The notes under the pieces: generated by a model | Told to the model about the DNA's origin: nothing | Databases searched by the model: none | Seen by the model: only the letters and a program-made list of their open reading frames with translations | Shown here: piece after piece, positions 13,965-26,324 of the stretch | How the letters are laid out: the number at the start of each line of letters is the position of its first letter | Numbering within the stretch: position 1 is the stretch's first letter | Assembly (NCBI GenBank): GCA_000934665.2 | Contig: KZ538254.1 | Location: 62,001-91,688, forward strand | Length of the DNA: 29,688 nt | Direction of reading: 5' to 3' | Origin: Catajapyx aquilonaris | Lineage: Eukaryota | Program-made: the position numbers and the translations under genes

Positions 13965-14698
13965 CTTCTTTTTTTTCTCTCCCCCCCTCCCCCCTCCCCC
14001 TCTTCCTCCTCCTCCTCCTCCCGGGGACACTAGCGCTCAACTGGGAGGAGGCGGCCGATATGCAAAGCTCCTTCCCGCCCTCAATTCAAAATCAAATTTT
14101 TTTTTTTGTCTTGCTCATTTGCATGCTTCGCGGGAGTCACTTCTTCTTGGGGGATTAGTGATTGGGAATAAATTAGTGACACGCCGACTGGGTGGGAGTG
14201 CGTGTTGGCAACCGTGCGTCGGACCCAATATGGCTGCCCCCACCACGTCCCACTGATCTGCCCGCGCAGCACCGCGTGTGTCTATACTAGTAGGAGGTAC
14301 CCACCGGGCCACGGGTACCCGCATTTCCCCGTTCCTCGACCCTGCCTAGTGCCGGCGTGGGTGCTGCTGCCCCATCCACAGACGGAGACGGCCCACGTGC
14401 GACAGACGACAGGAAGAGCGGACCAGGCTCTTTTCTTTTTTTCATTATTATTTTGCAAGGCCAAGGCTGGCCAAGTGGTCAGGCCAAGGACACACGTCAT
14501 CTCTCATCCCCCTTCCCACTGCCTTGAGGGGGGAAAAAAGGGGGTCGAGAAGAGAGAGAGCTGAGCTGGCTGTGGGGAAGAAGACCCCTTTCTCATCCCA
14601 GCTACCATCCAGGAAGGACAGACGTGGCCACAACTCGTGTCTTCAGGAGGACCTATCTGCACACAGCGACCGGAGACCACCAGACCCCACAGAGGAAG

Positions 14699-16615
<1,917 letters not shown>

Positions 16616-16809
16616 GGCCACGCCCCACGGCCAAAAAAAGCTGGAAAATTATAGTTCTTCCAATTGGTGCCTAGATCTCTTATCAATTTTAATCAAAATA
16701 CTCTATTTTTCTACATGGTTGTTGGCTACTTTTTAAAATGATCATGATGTATACACACCAATGTATGCTCAGATCATGTACGTGGATATTTTTGTTACGG
16801 GTGAAGTGC

Positions 16810-16815
16810 AATAAA
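16810..16815 (+). terminator. Poly(A) signal AATAAA for ACAT2
   Basis: First AATAAA about 195 nt after the ACAT2 stop, with T/GT-rich sequence downstream; a second AATAAA at 16860. Confidence 0.6.
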
Positions 16816-16878
16816 CACGTTGAATTTTTATGATAGGTTTATGCTGATTCCAAGTACATAATAAATTAGAAGGGTTGA

Positions 16879-19234
16879 CTACTGTTGCTCCATCCGCTGC
16901 TCCATCTTCTCTCGAATCTGGTCCTGAATGGCTGCTACGGTTTCGTCGTGCCGCCTCTGCACCAGCCTTGCCTTCCTGCTGGACTTGCGACCCTCGTTTG
17001 TCTGTTGCCGGCCCCTGCCTCTCTCCATCTGGGCCTCCAGCACACGCCTCATGTCCACCTGGCAAACATGGCACATTTAATACGCTTTGCAGGATTCCTA
17101 CTGCTCAGTGGCGGCAGCAGCTCTCCTGATGCCCCCAGGCACCCCAGGGTAGAAGCCAAAGGGATTGCGCCCCTTGTCAAAGGTTGGGAGCCGCTCGGTC
17201 AGTGGCAACCCCACCAGGGTGTCCACGCTTGGGATGCACAACCGGCCGTAGCTGCGAACCGTGTGCCCCCACATTGTCTCTTCAGCCCTGCAAGTGAAGT
17301 ACGACCCCCACTGGGAGGACACAATCAGATCCCTGTCGGGATGGGTCTGGCCCTGGGGAGACTCTGCCCCTGCCTCTTCCAGCACAGCCACGCTGTCGCA
17401 GGACGAATAGCGACCGGGAGCCATCACATCTTGCCCTATGTGGTCACCAAAGTAAAGGCACTTTGGTGGTCCTTCCTGACCTGAAGCACGACCCAACACC
17501 TTGCACAGGTCAGACCAATTGCCCTGGAGGAAAAAGTCGGGCGTTGACAATCTGAACGCTCCGTATAAAGGACCAGCTTCCCTACCTGCGTGTAGTCTCC
17601 TCCTCCCTCCATGTCATCCACCCCAACCACAGTGTCCGTAGCTGCCCCACTCTCCACCTTGTAAAAAGGCCTGTCCCCAGTAAAGAAACCAGGCTTCCTG
17701 GCAAAGAAGACGACCACGTCAAACAGGCTTCTCCAGTCTGGTCCCAGGGCAAACTTGGCAGTGTGACTAGCAAAGTCCACCTCCGACCCAGTTATCATGA
17801 ACGTCACCTTTTCCTTCCTAACTTTCCTGAGCCACTGAACCATCTCGGCCCTGCATTCGTAGTAATATTTTTCCGGATTGGCCTTGATGGACTCGAAGAA
17901 CCCACCACTCCCAGAGGAGAATCTGTCTGGCTTGAACTGGTCCAGCAGGCCCTGGAGGACGTCTGGCCAGAAGTTGTACTTCTCCAGAGGGCCACCGTTC
18001 TTGTAATCCAGTGCGTCCACAATGCGCATGGACGCCAGAGCAGAAGGCATGTCGAAGTAGTCGGAAAAGCACCTCATTTTGGTGGCGAGGCTGCCTCCAA
18101 ACCCATCCATGGGACGCTCCACAAACTCCTCCGCCACGTCCCACCTGCGGTCCCTGTAGGCGGCCTCCACCTCCACCTGCGTCATGACCCTGGTTCCGTG
18201 GCTGGCCATCTGCACCCGTCCCTCTGGAGATATCTGCACCAGGTTCCCCCTGGCCATGTCCAGCACCAGCCCCTTCCGCAAGAAGTCCACCTGCTCGTCA
18301 ACAGGCCGCAGCAAGGACTGGTCGTACCCTTTCCTGTCCACCAGGAACCTGGCCAGGTGTCCGTACTCCATCCGGACGAGGCCTCCGATCCTGTATCGCG
18401 CCAGGGTGTTGTCCAGGTCGAACCCGATGCAGTCGTAGTCTCCCAGGGCGAAGGTCGGGTTGTTGCTGGTGCTGGCCATCCTTGCAGCTGTGTTGCGGAC
18501 GAGTGCTGACCAACAATAAGCGGTGAGCTGCAGTGTGGATCTGGGCAACATCCACGCCCTTTCCCTGGCTGCCCCTTGCCCTCTCCCCTACGCAACAGGT
18601 CAAACAGGGGGTTATCAGGTCAGGCGATCGGAAAGGAAGTGACAAGAAGTTACATAACCAACGGACGGAGAGAAAAACAACATGCTTCAAATGAGGCGCC
18701 ATCTTGGGTCCATCAGCTGGGCGAGGCCGGTAGCCATGTTGGGTCCAAGTGGCAGGGGGTGCCAGACGAAGCGTGTCAGATACGGTATGCTGACTGTACG
18801 AAGGCCATTTGACTTAGCTTTAATTACTTCACACCCAAAGGACAGGCTGCTGCCGCCGCTGCCATTAAAGAGTACCTGCGCTTTGGCATTACCTGGTTTG
18901 GAACGTGTATGAGTCGTATGGCCCTGGCCTGCACAAAGAAGGTCGAGTACTGGTGGACGTTCCCAAGGCCATCTGTCATCACCGCATCGGACAGTATGAT
19001 GTTCATGAACCTGTGTACGGAGGCCAAATATATGAGCACCGCATTGGGGGCAGCAAGAGGAGGAGAATAACAATTATAGTGGCTGGCGTACGGGTCTGCA
19101 GACTGGACGTATCCCCTGACAGCCCAGTCGTTCCTGAGGTCCACGGTGATCCTGTACCTCTCCAGACCGTGCACCAGTCCGGCCAGGGTGTTGTACAGGA
19201 ACCAGCGCTCCCTCTTGGTCGTCTTCACCTCCAT
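16879..19234 (-). CDS. LSM10: U7 snRNA-associated Sm-like protein LSm10, 3 exons, ~146 aa
   Basis: Exons 19234-19092, 19010-18893 and 17058-16879 (441 nt in frame). RER..YNTL..L...L....ITVDLRND, D.FMNI.L and FFVQARAIRLIHVP match the LSm10 Sm fold. The phase-0 donor CAG|GTAATG joins the phase-0 acceptor TTTGCCAG|GTGGACATG, giving HVPNQ-VDMRRVLEAQM, similar to the HIPDD-VNITSTIEQQL recalled from human LSm10. Exons 1-2 are high confidence; exon 3 assignment is moderate. Confidence 0.85.
17098..18479 (-). CDS. NT5DC1: 5'-nucleotidase domain-containing protein 1 (cN-II-like HAD phosphatase), 2 exons, ~439 aa (463 aa if started at upstream ATG 18551)
   Basis: Exons 18479-17586 and 17523-17098 (TAG); 62-nt GT-AG intron. 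HAD motif I in DYDCIGFDLDNTL, plus FMITGS, ARKPGFF, QGNW and motif IV YFGDHIGQD, all typical of the NT5DC family. Confidence 0.9.
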
Positions 19235-19935
19235 CAGACGCTGCCAGACAAGACAGAAACCAAGGAACCGTCACGGAATCCTGTCCGATCCCACAGGAAG
19301 CGCCATTTTGGATTCCCACGCAGTTCGATGCTCCCTTGTCGTCTTGGGGGTGCGTTCAGTATCTCCATTCGTGAGGTCACTGCACTGGTCATCGCAATAG
19401 GCGGAATTTTGTAGGCGCATGCAACGGACGAGCACGTACTACGTTACATGTCCGACAATGTGGTGTACTCACAGCTCCGTAATTAAAACAATGAGCGCAC
19501 GGCATAAAATTAATTCACATTGTTCAATTTCTGAACGCTGCCTTGCCACTGTAGCCAGCTGCAAATAATACGGTATCCAAGGATGTCGAGCATACCGTAT
19601 TTTTTCCAGCCAGTAACATGATTGTAGGTAATTATTAGAAAATGCGTGATTTTTTTCCCCCTTTTGTGCCAGCTGTATTATTATCTCATCTGGTCATGAT
19701 TATGTACAACAAGCACACAGATACAAATACACAGGAAATGGGGCCAAAATTTTTTGGGGAGGTTTTGCTGCTGGTACTTATAATTACTCACGCTAGTATT
19801 CTCGCCATTCAATTACGCAAAAAAAAAAACAGAGTTTATGTTTTAATATAAAGTTGAGGGGAGGGGAGGATGGGTAAGGGCAATAAATGGGAGTAGGGAG
19901 CATTAATTGATTGATTGATTAATGAATTAGTAGGT

Positions 19936-22900
19936 TCAGAGGCTGTCGTCACTCTGGAGCCCCTGCAGCATGGGGAACTCCAGGGACTCTTGAGACGACG
20001 ACTCTTGCGCAGGAAGGGAGCTTCCTTCACTCGCAAATTCATCTCCTGTGGGAAATGTAGCAGAAAGAGTGGAGATTAATAATTATTCAGAAAGGCACGT
20101 CTTGGAGCAAGCTGGGGCGACGACTCACCTGCTTCTGCAGCATTGCTAGGGGCAGTGGGAGTAGGTGTGGTGGAAGCGGCAGCTGCGGCCATCTCCTCCT
20201 GCTGCCTGTTGATTGCTGGGTCGATGGCCTCCTTGATGTGGGAGTTGGCTCCTTTAGGGTCGAGGTCCATGGCGCAGCTGAAGTTGAGGAGGGCCAGGTG
20301 GGTGTTCCCAAGCTTGTTGTGCACTTTGCCCATCAGGAAGTAGACCAGGCTCTCCTTCGGGACCATCTCCTTCAGCTCCTCCAGCTCCTTCAGGGCGTCC
20401 AGATGCCTGTCCACCGCAAAGTATATGGAGGCCCGGTGGAACTTGCAGAGGGGGTTGCGAGGGTGGTTGGCAATGGCTGCGTCCAGGGTCTGCAGGGCTC
20501 GTTCAGTCTTCTGCAGGGCGTGCTGGACCACCCCCATGTGGCACATCAGCACTGACGACTGGGGGTTGATCTGGAGGGCACGACGGAAGTACACCTCTGC
20601 CATCTGGTACTTCTCCTGCTTGTAGTATATCATACCCACACCGTACCTGCAACGTCACCATTAATATTAGCAATCTGACAATCTGCCAGCGTGCCACCAG
20701 TACTGACCATGCATTGTAGTGCCTGGAGTCAAGCCTGACTGCATTCCTAAAACAGCTCATGGCCTTGTCCAGCTCCTCGTTGGTGACGTATTCGTGCCCC
20801 AGCAAGGTGTAGGCATAGGCAAAGTTGGGTTGCACCTGCACTGCCCTTTGGAAGAAGCGGATGGCAGCGTCGTGCTCCTTCTGCAAGGAGAAACAGTTCC
20901 CTGCTGCACACCACGCTGCTGCGGAGCCCCTGTCTAGTGCGAGGAGGTCGTGGGCCAGGGCAGAGAGGGCCACTTCCTTCTGGAGGTGCCACAGGGCAGT
21001 GGAATAGTACTCTATGAGGTCAGTGCGGTGATGCTCCTTCTCTCTGACACGTGAAAAGTGTCTGCAGGCATTCTCGTACTCCCCCATCTCCAGGTAAGCC
21101 TTTCCAAGCTGGCTTAGCACCCATGCTGTGCGACCCTGCTTGCCAGACACGCTCTTCAGGCATTCCACGGCACGTTTAAGCTCAAACTGGGACAAATGCA
21201 GCTTAGCAGCACCAAGTTCACGCAGGAGCTGCATCAGGCCCTCTGAAATGGTTTGACAACAACGTCATTAGCTATGTTCACGGCAAGCACTGCCATTCAA
21301 GCACTGTACCTGCAGACTGCTTCTGCATGCTGAGGGCATGCTTGCAGAGGGTGGGCTGCATCGACTTGTTAAAGATGAGCTGCGCAGCCACTTTAGATTC
21401 AGGTGCTAAGACGGAAGGGTTTCCAGTGGTGGGGTTGTTGTTGTTTCCCCCGCCTCCACCACCAACCACGTTGGCATTGTTGTTGGTGGTGGGTGTGGTC
21501 ATGACATTAGTTTCCGCCTTGTTCCTCTCATTGAGCTGCTGGAAGGAGCGAGTGACTCTGGATTTGGACTTGCGGGATGAAGGGGACTTGGGAATGCTGC
21601 TCAGCTTGGACCTCCCCCCTCCAGGGCTCTTGTTGTTCTCTTTCACCGAGTTGTTGGTGAAGAGTCGGGAGGAGCGTCGCACGTTCAGGGTGGGCTGCAG
21701 GGGGGGAGGAGGAGGGGGCGCCTGCTGCTCCTGCCCTTGCCCTTGGCTCTGCTGTGACGTGGGTGGAGGAGGCGCAGAGTTGCTTGTATTGCACGATTGG
21801 CTGAACACAGACTTGCTCTGAAAATGTGACGCCAGCGAGTAAGGTCTTCTCCGTGGTGAAGGGATGGAAATACTCACTCGTTTGGTGACAGCGGTGGAGT
21901 CAGCATTGAGTGCATGCCAGGGGAACACTGGTGGCGTCAAAAACGCGAATGTGCTTGACATCGACTCCCCACCGGATGAGTCCAGCGGTAGCACCCCAAA
22001 GCTGCGAAGTTGCGAGTAGTTAAATTTGCATAGTACAAACACAACATAAGATGGGGGATGTGTACACAATGTAAACACAACGTACCTGGGAGTGAGTGGG
22101 CTGATTGGCAGGGGAGCATTGAATACGCTGACGTACTTGACTGGTTTTGTGGAAGAGGAGGTTCGTCCTTGGCAGCGCTGGGCGGCAGGCGGGAGTGGCG
22201 GAGGGGGAGGAGGGTGGTTGGGCGTCCTCATCCCCACAGGGGTGTCCTCCGACTTGATCCCACTTCCTATCAAGGGTAGGGGTATGCTGACGGCACACAC
22301 GTTGTGCACAGGGGTGCTGTAGATCATGGGGTTCATGCCTCCGTCCCCGGGGATCATGCTGCTGATGGGGGTGCTGACAGAGGTGGGAGGCATGGGGGTC
22401 TGGGAGGGAGGGGGAGGGACAGGGGTGGGCAGCAGGTTGTCCAGCCCTTGAGAGTTCACCAGGTTCACCACCGTATTGCTCCCGTGGCACATTGAGAATG
22501 AGTCCAGGTGCGACACCTGCAGCCCCACCAAGAGAGAAATTCAGGGTCGGTCATCACACTGAGAATTCCAATGCAATCCTTTGTGGAATTACCTGAAAGG
22601 TGCGCAGGGGGTCTGGCTTCTCCCCTAGGTTGCAAAGGGCCTCAAAGGCAGACCAGAGGAAGGGATTGAGCTTGAGGGCACGTCTGTAAGCCTCTGCAGC
22701 CTTGGAAACCTTTTCCGACTGGACAAAGATGCGGGCCAGCAACTGCAAGGCAAAGCAGGACGAGTCTCCAAAAGCGGACACCACTTCATCCAGTGAGGGA
22801 GGACCAATGCCGGATGACATGGACGTGGGTGTGACGGGAGTTTCTGGAGTCATCATTCCGTCCCCACCGCCATCTCCAGCCCCAGATGACCCCAATCCTC

Positions 22901-25491
22901 CGCATCCCCTGAAGACAGACTCTGCCTCCTCCAGGTGTCCCAAGTCCAGGCAGCACTTGGCCAGCAGGAATCTGCACTGGGCTGATCTGGAGCTCCCTGC
23001 CCCCTTCCCCTTCAGCAAGGAGTAGGCCTGCCCAAATTTCCCTGAGCGGTAATAGCAAGTGGCCAGGAGGTACAACGTCTCATCCGTCTCCACTGAAAGC
23101 GACCAAGAACAACATTAATATCTCAGATTGGGGAGGATGCACGGTGGTCTAGTGGTTATGCCACTGTCCAGCCAAGTCCTCTCCATCACCTTCGCTTGGT
23201 CAGGTCTTTTTCCTCTAATATATTTCTAAACAGAGGTGAACATGAAGTGGCTCAGATGTGAAGAATCAACAAATTTATTGCTGAAGACCTTGCTCCTATC
23301 AAAGGCTAGAAAGTGGTAGCACATGTGATTCATGTGATATAATCTCCGTATGAGGTGGCTGCTCTAATGCTGAGATGCAGTTAAACAAATCTGACAATCC
23401 ACGTGACGAAAGCAAGGAATTAATCACAGAAGTAATCATGTAGACATTTGTCATCACATGACAGGCAGTAATGTGCACATAGAAAATTATTGCAAGTGGC
23501 AATCTGAATCAAAAATAATGAAAAGGAAATGTCCATTGCTTACAATGTAACCAAGAATCAACAAGCCATAAAAGTTATGAAGAAGCAGCAACTAATCCAA
23601 TAATCCACATGCCACCCAATTGAAAACTAATCGGCATACTTGAGATTTTTTTTCTGATAAAATGTTAAGAGCTGGGGCAGTGAGAGACAGACAAAAAATT
23701 AAAAAAGGAATGTGGGCCTTCCCCAGCAGATGTAAACACTAGGGGGAGGTCAAAGACCTCAGGTGGCACTGAAAACAAGTCAGACAACCTGATGCTCATG
23801 ATAAGCCCCCTAAAAAATTTCAAGGTCACAAGGCAACTCACAGGCAGGACTCGGGACTAATGGCAATTAACCCAGCAGAATATAGAATAATTCCTCCGAC
23901 TGCCCATTTCTAATCGGGTACAGGTATCTCCAGCCTGATTAGTATTACTGACATGATCCGGGGGTGATTACCTTCAGCACAGAGTCTTTCGGCGAGGAAG
24001 GTGGCATCTCCATATGCATAGTGGTTCAGGCAGTGCCAGATGGCCGCCTGAAAGAAAGAGACAATTTGAGGTCAAAGGTCTGAATGCCAAGGTCAAACAC
24101 TTTGCATGAAGCGTGCCTCTCTGATTTACTACCCCCTTTTGTTTAGAACCACACTATGGCTATATACTAATGGGTACACCTCATTGTCCAACCCCTTGGG
24201 CTTATTACGACAGCAGTAAGAATGTGAGTGGGGAGGGGTACAATACAATTCATGCCAAGTGTTGCGTAGGGCTGTTTGTCTTGGAAGTGCACCGGTTGGA
24301 TCACAAAGGGACTGCAACTGGAAATATGCAAAACTGTGTTTGCAGGCTTCCGAGAAGGATGCAGATGGTAACTCAATAATTTACAAAGGCACATTGCAAT
24401 GCCAAAAAGTGAATCCTATGTATGACAACTCTAGCTTTGCACTCTGGAATTACATTTATCTGTGCATTTGCTCCAAGACTAAATGAGCTACTGAAGCAAC
24501 AATAAACCAAATAAAAAAGAACATTTCCAGAATCCCAAGGAAACTCATGCAAACACCGAGAGAACCCTCGAATGCCATTTCCCCATGAGCAATAACTCTG
24601 CTATTGTACCACAGCTCCAAAAAACTTGGTCAGAACCCTGGTGCAATGCAGTAAAACCCATCTGTAATGAATCCTTGCTAAAGTGAAAACTTGTGCACTA
24701 CAGCTTATGAGTGCACATGACTGTTTAAGAGATACCTGAAAGTTGCAACTTACTGACACTGTGTTTGGTATAGAATTATTCGAGCAAAAAAGAAGTACTC
24801 TGCAACAGAATTTTGCAGAACAGCCAGTGGTATAACTTGAATGAATGTGTGGTCGAGTAATAACTGCCTACATCAGACACTAAAATGACGTGAAAACTTT
24901 TCTACTCTGTGAAATTATTTCAGTCCTGACAGTGAGATAGGTTATCCCATGTACATTTCCCAATAGAGTTGAACCTGTCTGACGTGGAAAACATGGTCTC
25001 TGAGGATGGAAAACCCTTTGAAGAGAATTATTGTGCGAGCTAAAGGCTGCATCACAACTTTGACAAACATGACAAATCTGGCGCTTGACAAGTGCACAAA
25101 CTAGGGACACCAATTTGGAGGCATGCCAATGAGACTGAAATTAATTCCCCCTGTAGTTTAATGGCGTCTGACATTCAGTCAACCAATATGCAAAATGTAC
25201 AGGCGTGACTGCAACATCAAATCAATGACTTCTAAAGCAACGCTGTCCTTTCCATTTCTGATGAGAGAATCAAGTGACATTTGGTAATACTATGCTGACA
25301 GGAGGAGGCAGTGTCGGAGGATGGCTGGAAGGATGTGTGCAGGGAAGGACCTGGCGTTGTCACAAGCCAGCAAGGACTGACGTAGCAAAGACAGGGCAGG
25401 CAGGCACATGAAGCTGTGACAGGTGAAACGACTGGCGTTGCGATGACCTGATGAGCGTGAGACCCACCTGCACAGGTTCCTGCACAATCAT
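19936..25491 (-). CDS. CDC27: Cell division cycle protein 27 (APC/C subunit APC3, TPR protein), 9 coding exons, ~941 aa
   Basis: Exons 25491-25468 (MIVQEPVQ), 24047-23972 (AAIWHCLNHYAYGDATFLAERLCAE), 23092-22593, 22516-22086, 22001-21878, 21817-21310, 21242-20708, 20646-20129 and 20045-19936; 2826 nt in frame; all introns GT-AG. Hallmarks: YLLATCYYRSGK, LNPFLWSAFE, SPLTPSFG, VRRSSRLF, YYSTALWHLQ, WCAAGNCFSLQKEH, YAYTLLGHE, RHYNAWYG. Confidence 0.95.
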
Positions 25492-26285
25492 TGCAGACTC
25501 CTCCTCCTCCTCCTGAAGGGTGCGTGCGGGTGCTGCTTGACCAGTGCGTGCAGGGTGTATACAGGGGGGGTTGAGGGTCAGAGCGTAGTGGGATGATCCC
25601 TTCTCCTCTGTCTCATCTCACGCACTCCCTCCCTTCACTTGACACTGGTTGTCCACTGTGTGGCACACTGGGACACTACACTGCCTGTGGTGTCCAGAGG
25701 GGCAGCAACCAGCCAGCCAGTTGCCAGTCGAGGGGGAGGCAGGCCTCTACCAGGGGGGGAAGAAGAAGAGTCCGAGAGTCGGGCAGGCAGCCAGTCTAGT
25801 TGTGCGGGGGAAGGGGGGCGGCCTATGCAGGGAGGGGGTGGCGTCGTGTGTCTCGCTCTCTCTTTCCAAACCAGGGGCAGGTACACCACACGCAGGCCAG
25901 CCAGAACTGGTGGTGGTGGGTCGATCAGGCCATCAGTCCTCCGGCGGCCCACAAGAAAAGAAGGAGAGGAACGGAGGGGAGGAGCGGCTGGCTGGCCCAG
26001 TCACCACCAGGAGGAGGGGGATGGGAGAGGGAGGAGGGGATGGGAGAGGGAGGAGGGGATGGGGAAGGAGGAGCAGGGTGGGGGGGAGGTCAGCAGGATC
26101 GCCAACAGAAATGGAGCAGCCATCAGAGACATCTGCCGGCGGACCCTGCAAGGGAAGTAGCAGCTACCAGCCAGCTACTAGCTGCTATGGGGTGTGAAGC
26201 TGCTAGTAGAAGTCGGCCAGCAGCAGCTGCGTTTAGCCGTTTTCATGGAACGGCGAATAGGGGTGTGCCTGCGGGTCATACCACT

Positions 26286-26324
<39 letters not shown>

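Noticed and set aside
13557..14256. Plus-strand ORFs and a perfect CAG|GTGAGT at 13701
   Set aside because: Low-complexity GC-rich frames antisense to the candidate exon; no partner exon or homology.
16885..18509. Long plus-strand ORFs (199 aa and 248 aa) opposite NT5DC1
   Set aside because: Antisense shadows of GC3-rich coding sequence.
23250..23460. Box C-like GTGATGA on the minus strand in a CDC27 intron (snoRNA candidate)
   Set aside because: The nearest CTGA D box is about 200 nt away, with no terminal stem.
24069..24095. DR1-like nuclear receptor element AGGTCA-A-AGGTCT plus another AGGTCA
   Set aside because: Lies 20-45 nt upstream of a CDC27 acceptor on the minus strand, so branch-point/pyrimidine-tract sequence (TTGAC) explains it equally well.
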